Shown one piece after another: positions 36,327-36,378 of a stretch of DNA of 36,378 nt. Numbering within the stretch: position 1 is the first letter of the stretch; each line of letters begins with the position of its first letter. Origin of the DNA: a bacterium. GTDB taxonomy: Bacteria > Zhuqueibacterota > Zhuqueibacteria > Zhuqueibacterales > Zhuqueibacteraceae. Position numbers and translations under genes: made by a program. The DNA is taken from NCBI GenBank assembly GCA_044869275.1, contig JBIOXB010000011.1, positions 1 through 36,378 of the forward strand. Direction: 5' to 3'. The notes beneath the pieces were generated by a model. The model ran no database searches. It was not told where the DNA came from and saw only the letters and a program-made list of their open reading frames with translations.

Positions 36327-36378
36327 CCCGATCTGCCCTTTACCCGTCTCACCATCCCCTCCGCTCTTTTACTTGCAC

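Overview
This is a bacterial chromosomal window of moderately high GC. A PorV-like barrel, a T9SS-style C-terminal domain and a fused FTCD suggest an FCB-superphylum organism, possibly KSB1-like; this is inference only. The left two-thirds is mostly housekeeping and envelope genes: a TPR protein, an SRPBCC protein, pepF coupled to a Bpt/ATE-like aminoacyl-transferase, a DUF4416-like/pfkB/rfbD/GT2/GT2-PGT/accA/ftcd run, aquaporin and dodecin, an AI-2E transporter and a VWA lipoprotein. These are followed by a T9SS-type cargo gene next to a PorV-OmpA-AMIN fusion, an aldehyde dehydrogenase and alkA. The most striking element is the minus-strand cluster at 28471-34422: SNase-like, half-HsdS, HsdM-like and HsdR-like genes. 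All four are uninterrupted ORFs with plausible promoters or ribosome-binding sites, yet the HsdR nuclease and ATPase motifs, HsdM motif IV and most SNase active-site residues are substituted. It is a candidate catalytically dead, repurposed type I restriction-modification complex. Other points of interest are a candidate structured RNA at 1866-2019, a C2H2-like insertion in FTCD, an aquaporin lacking the ar/R arginine, candidate leaderless genes, and several dispersed repeat families, including a 53-bp inverted pair about 7.2 kb apart. No tRNA, rRNA, CRISPR array, integrase or transposase was seen. All family assignments come from reading motifs by eye, not from database searches.
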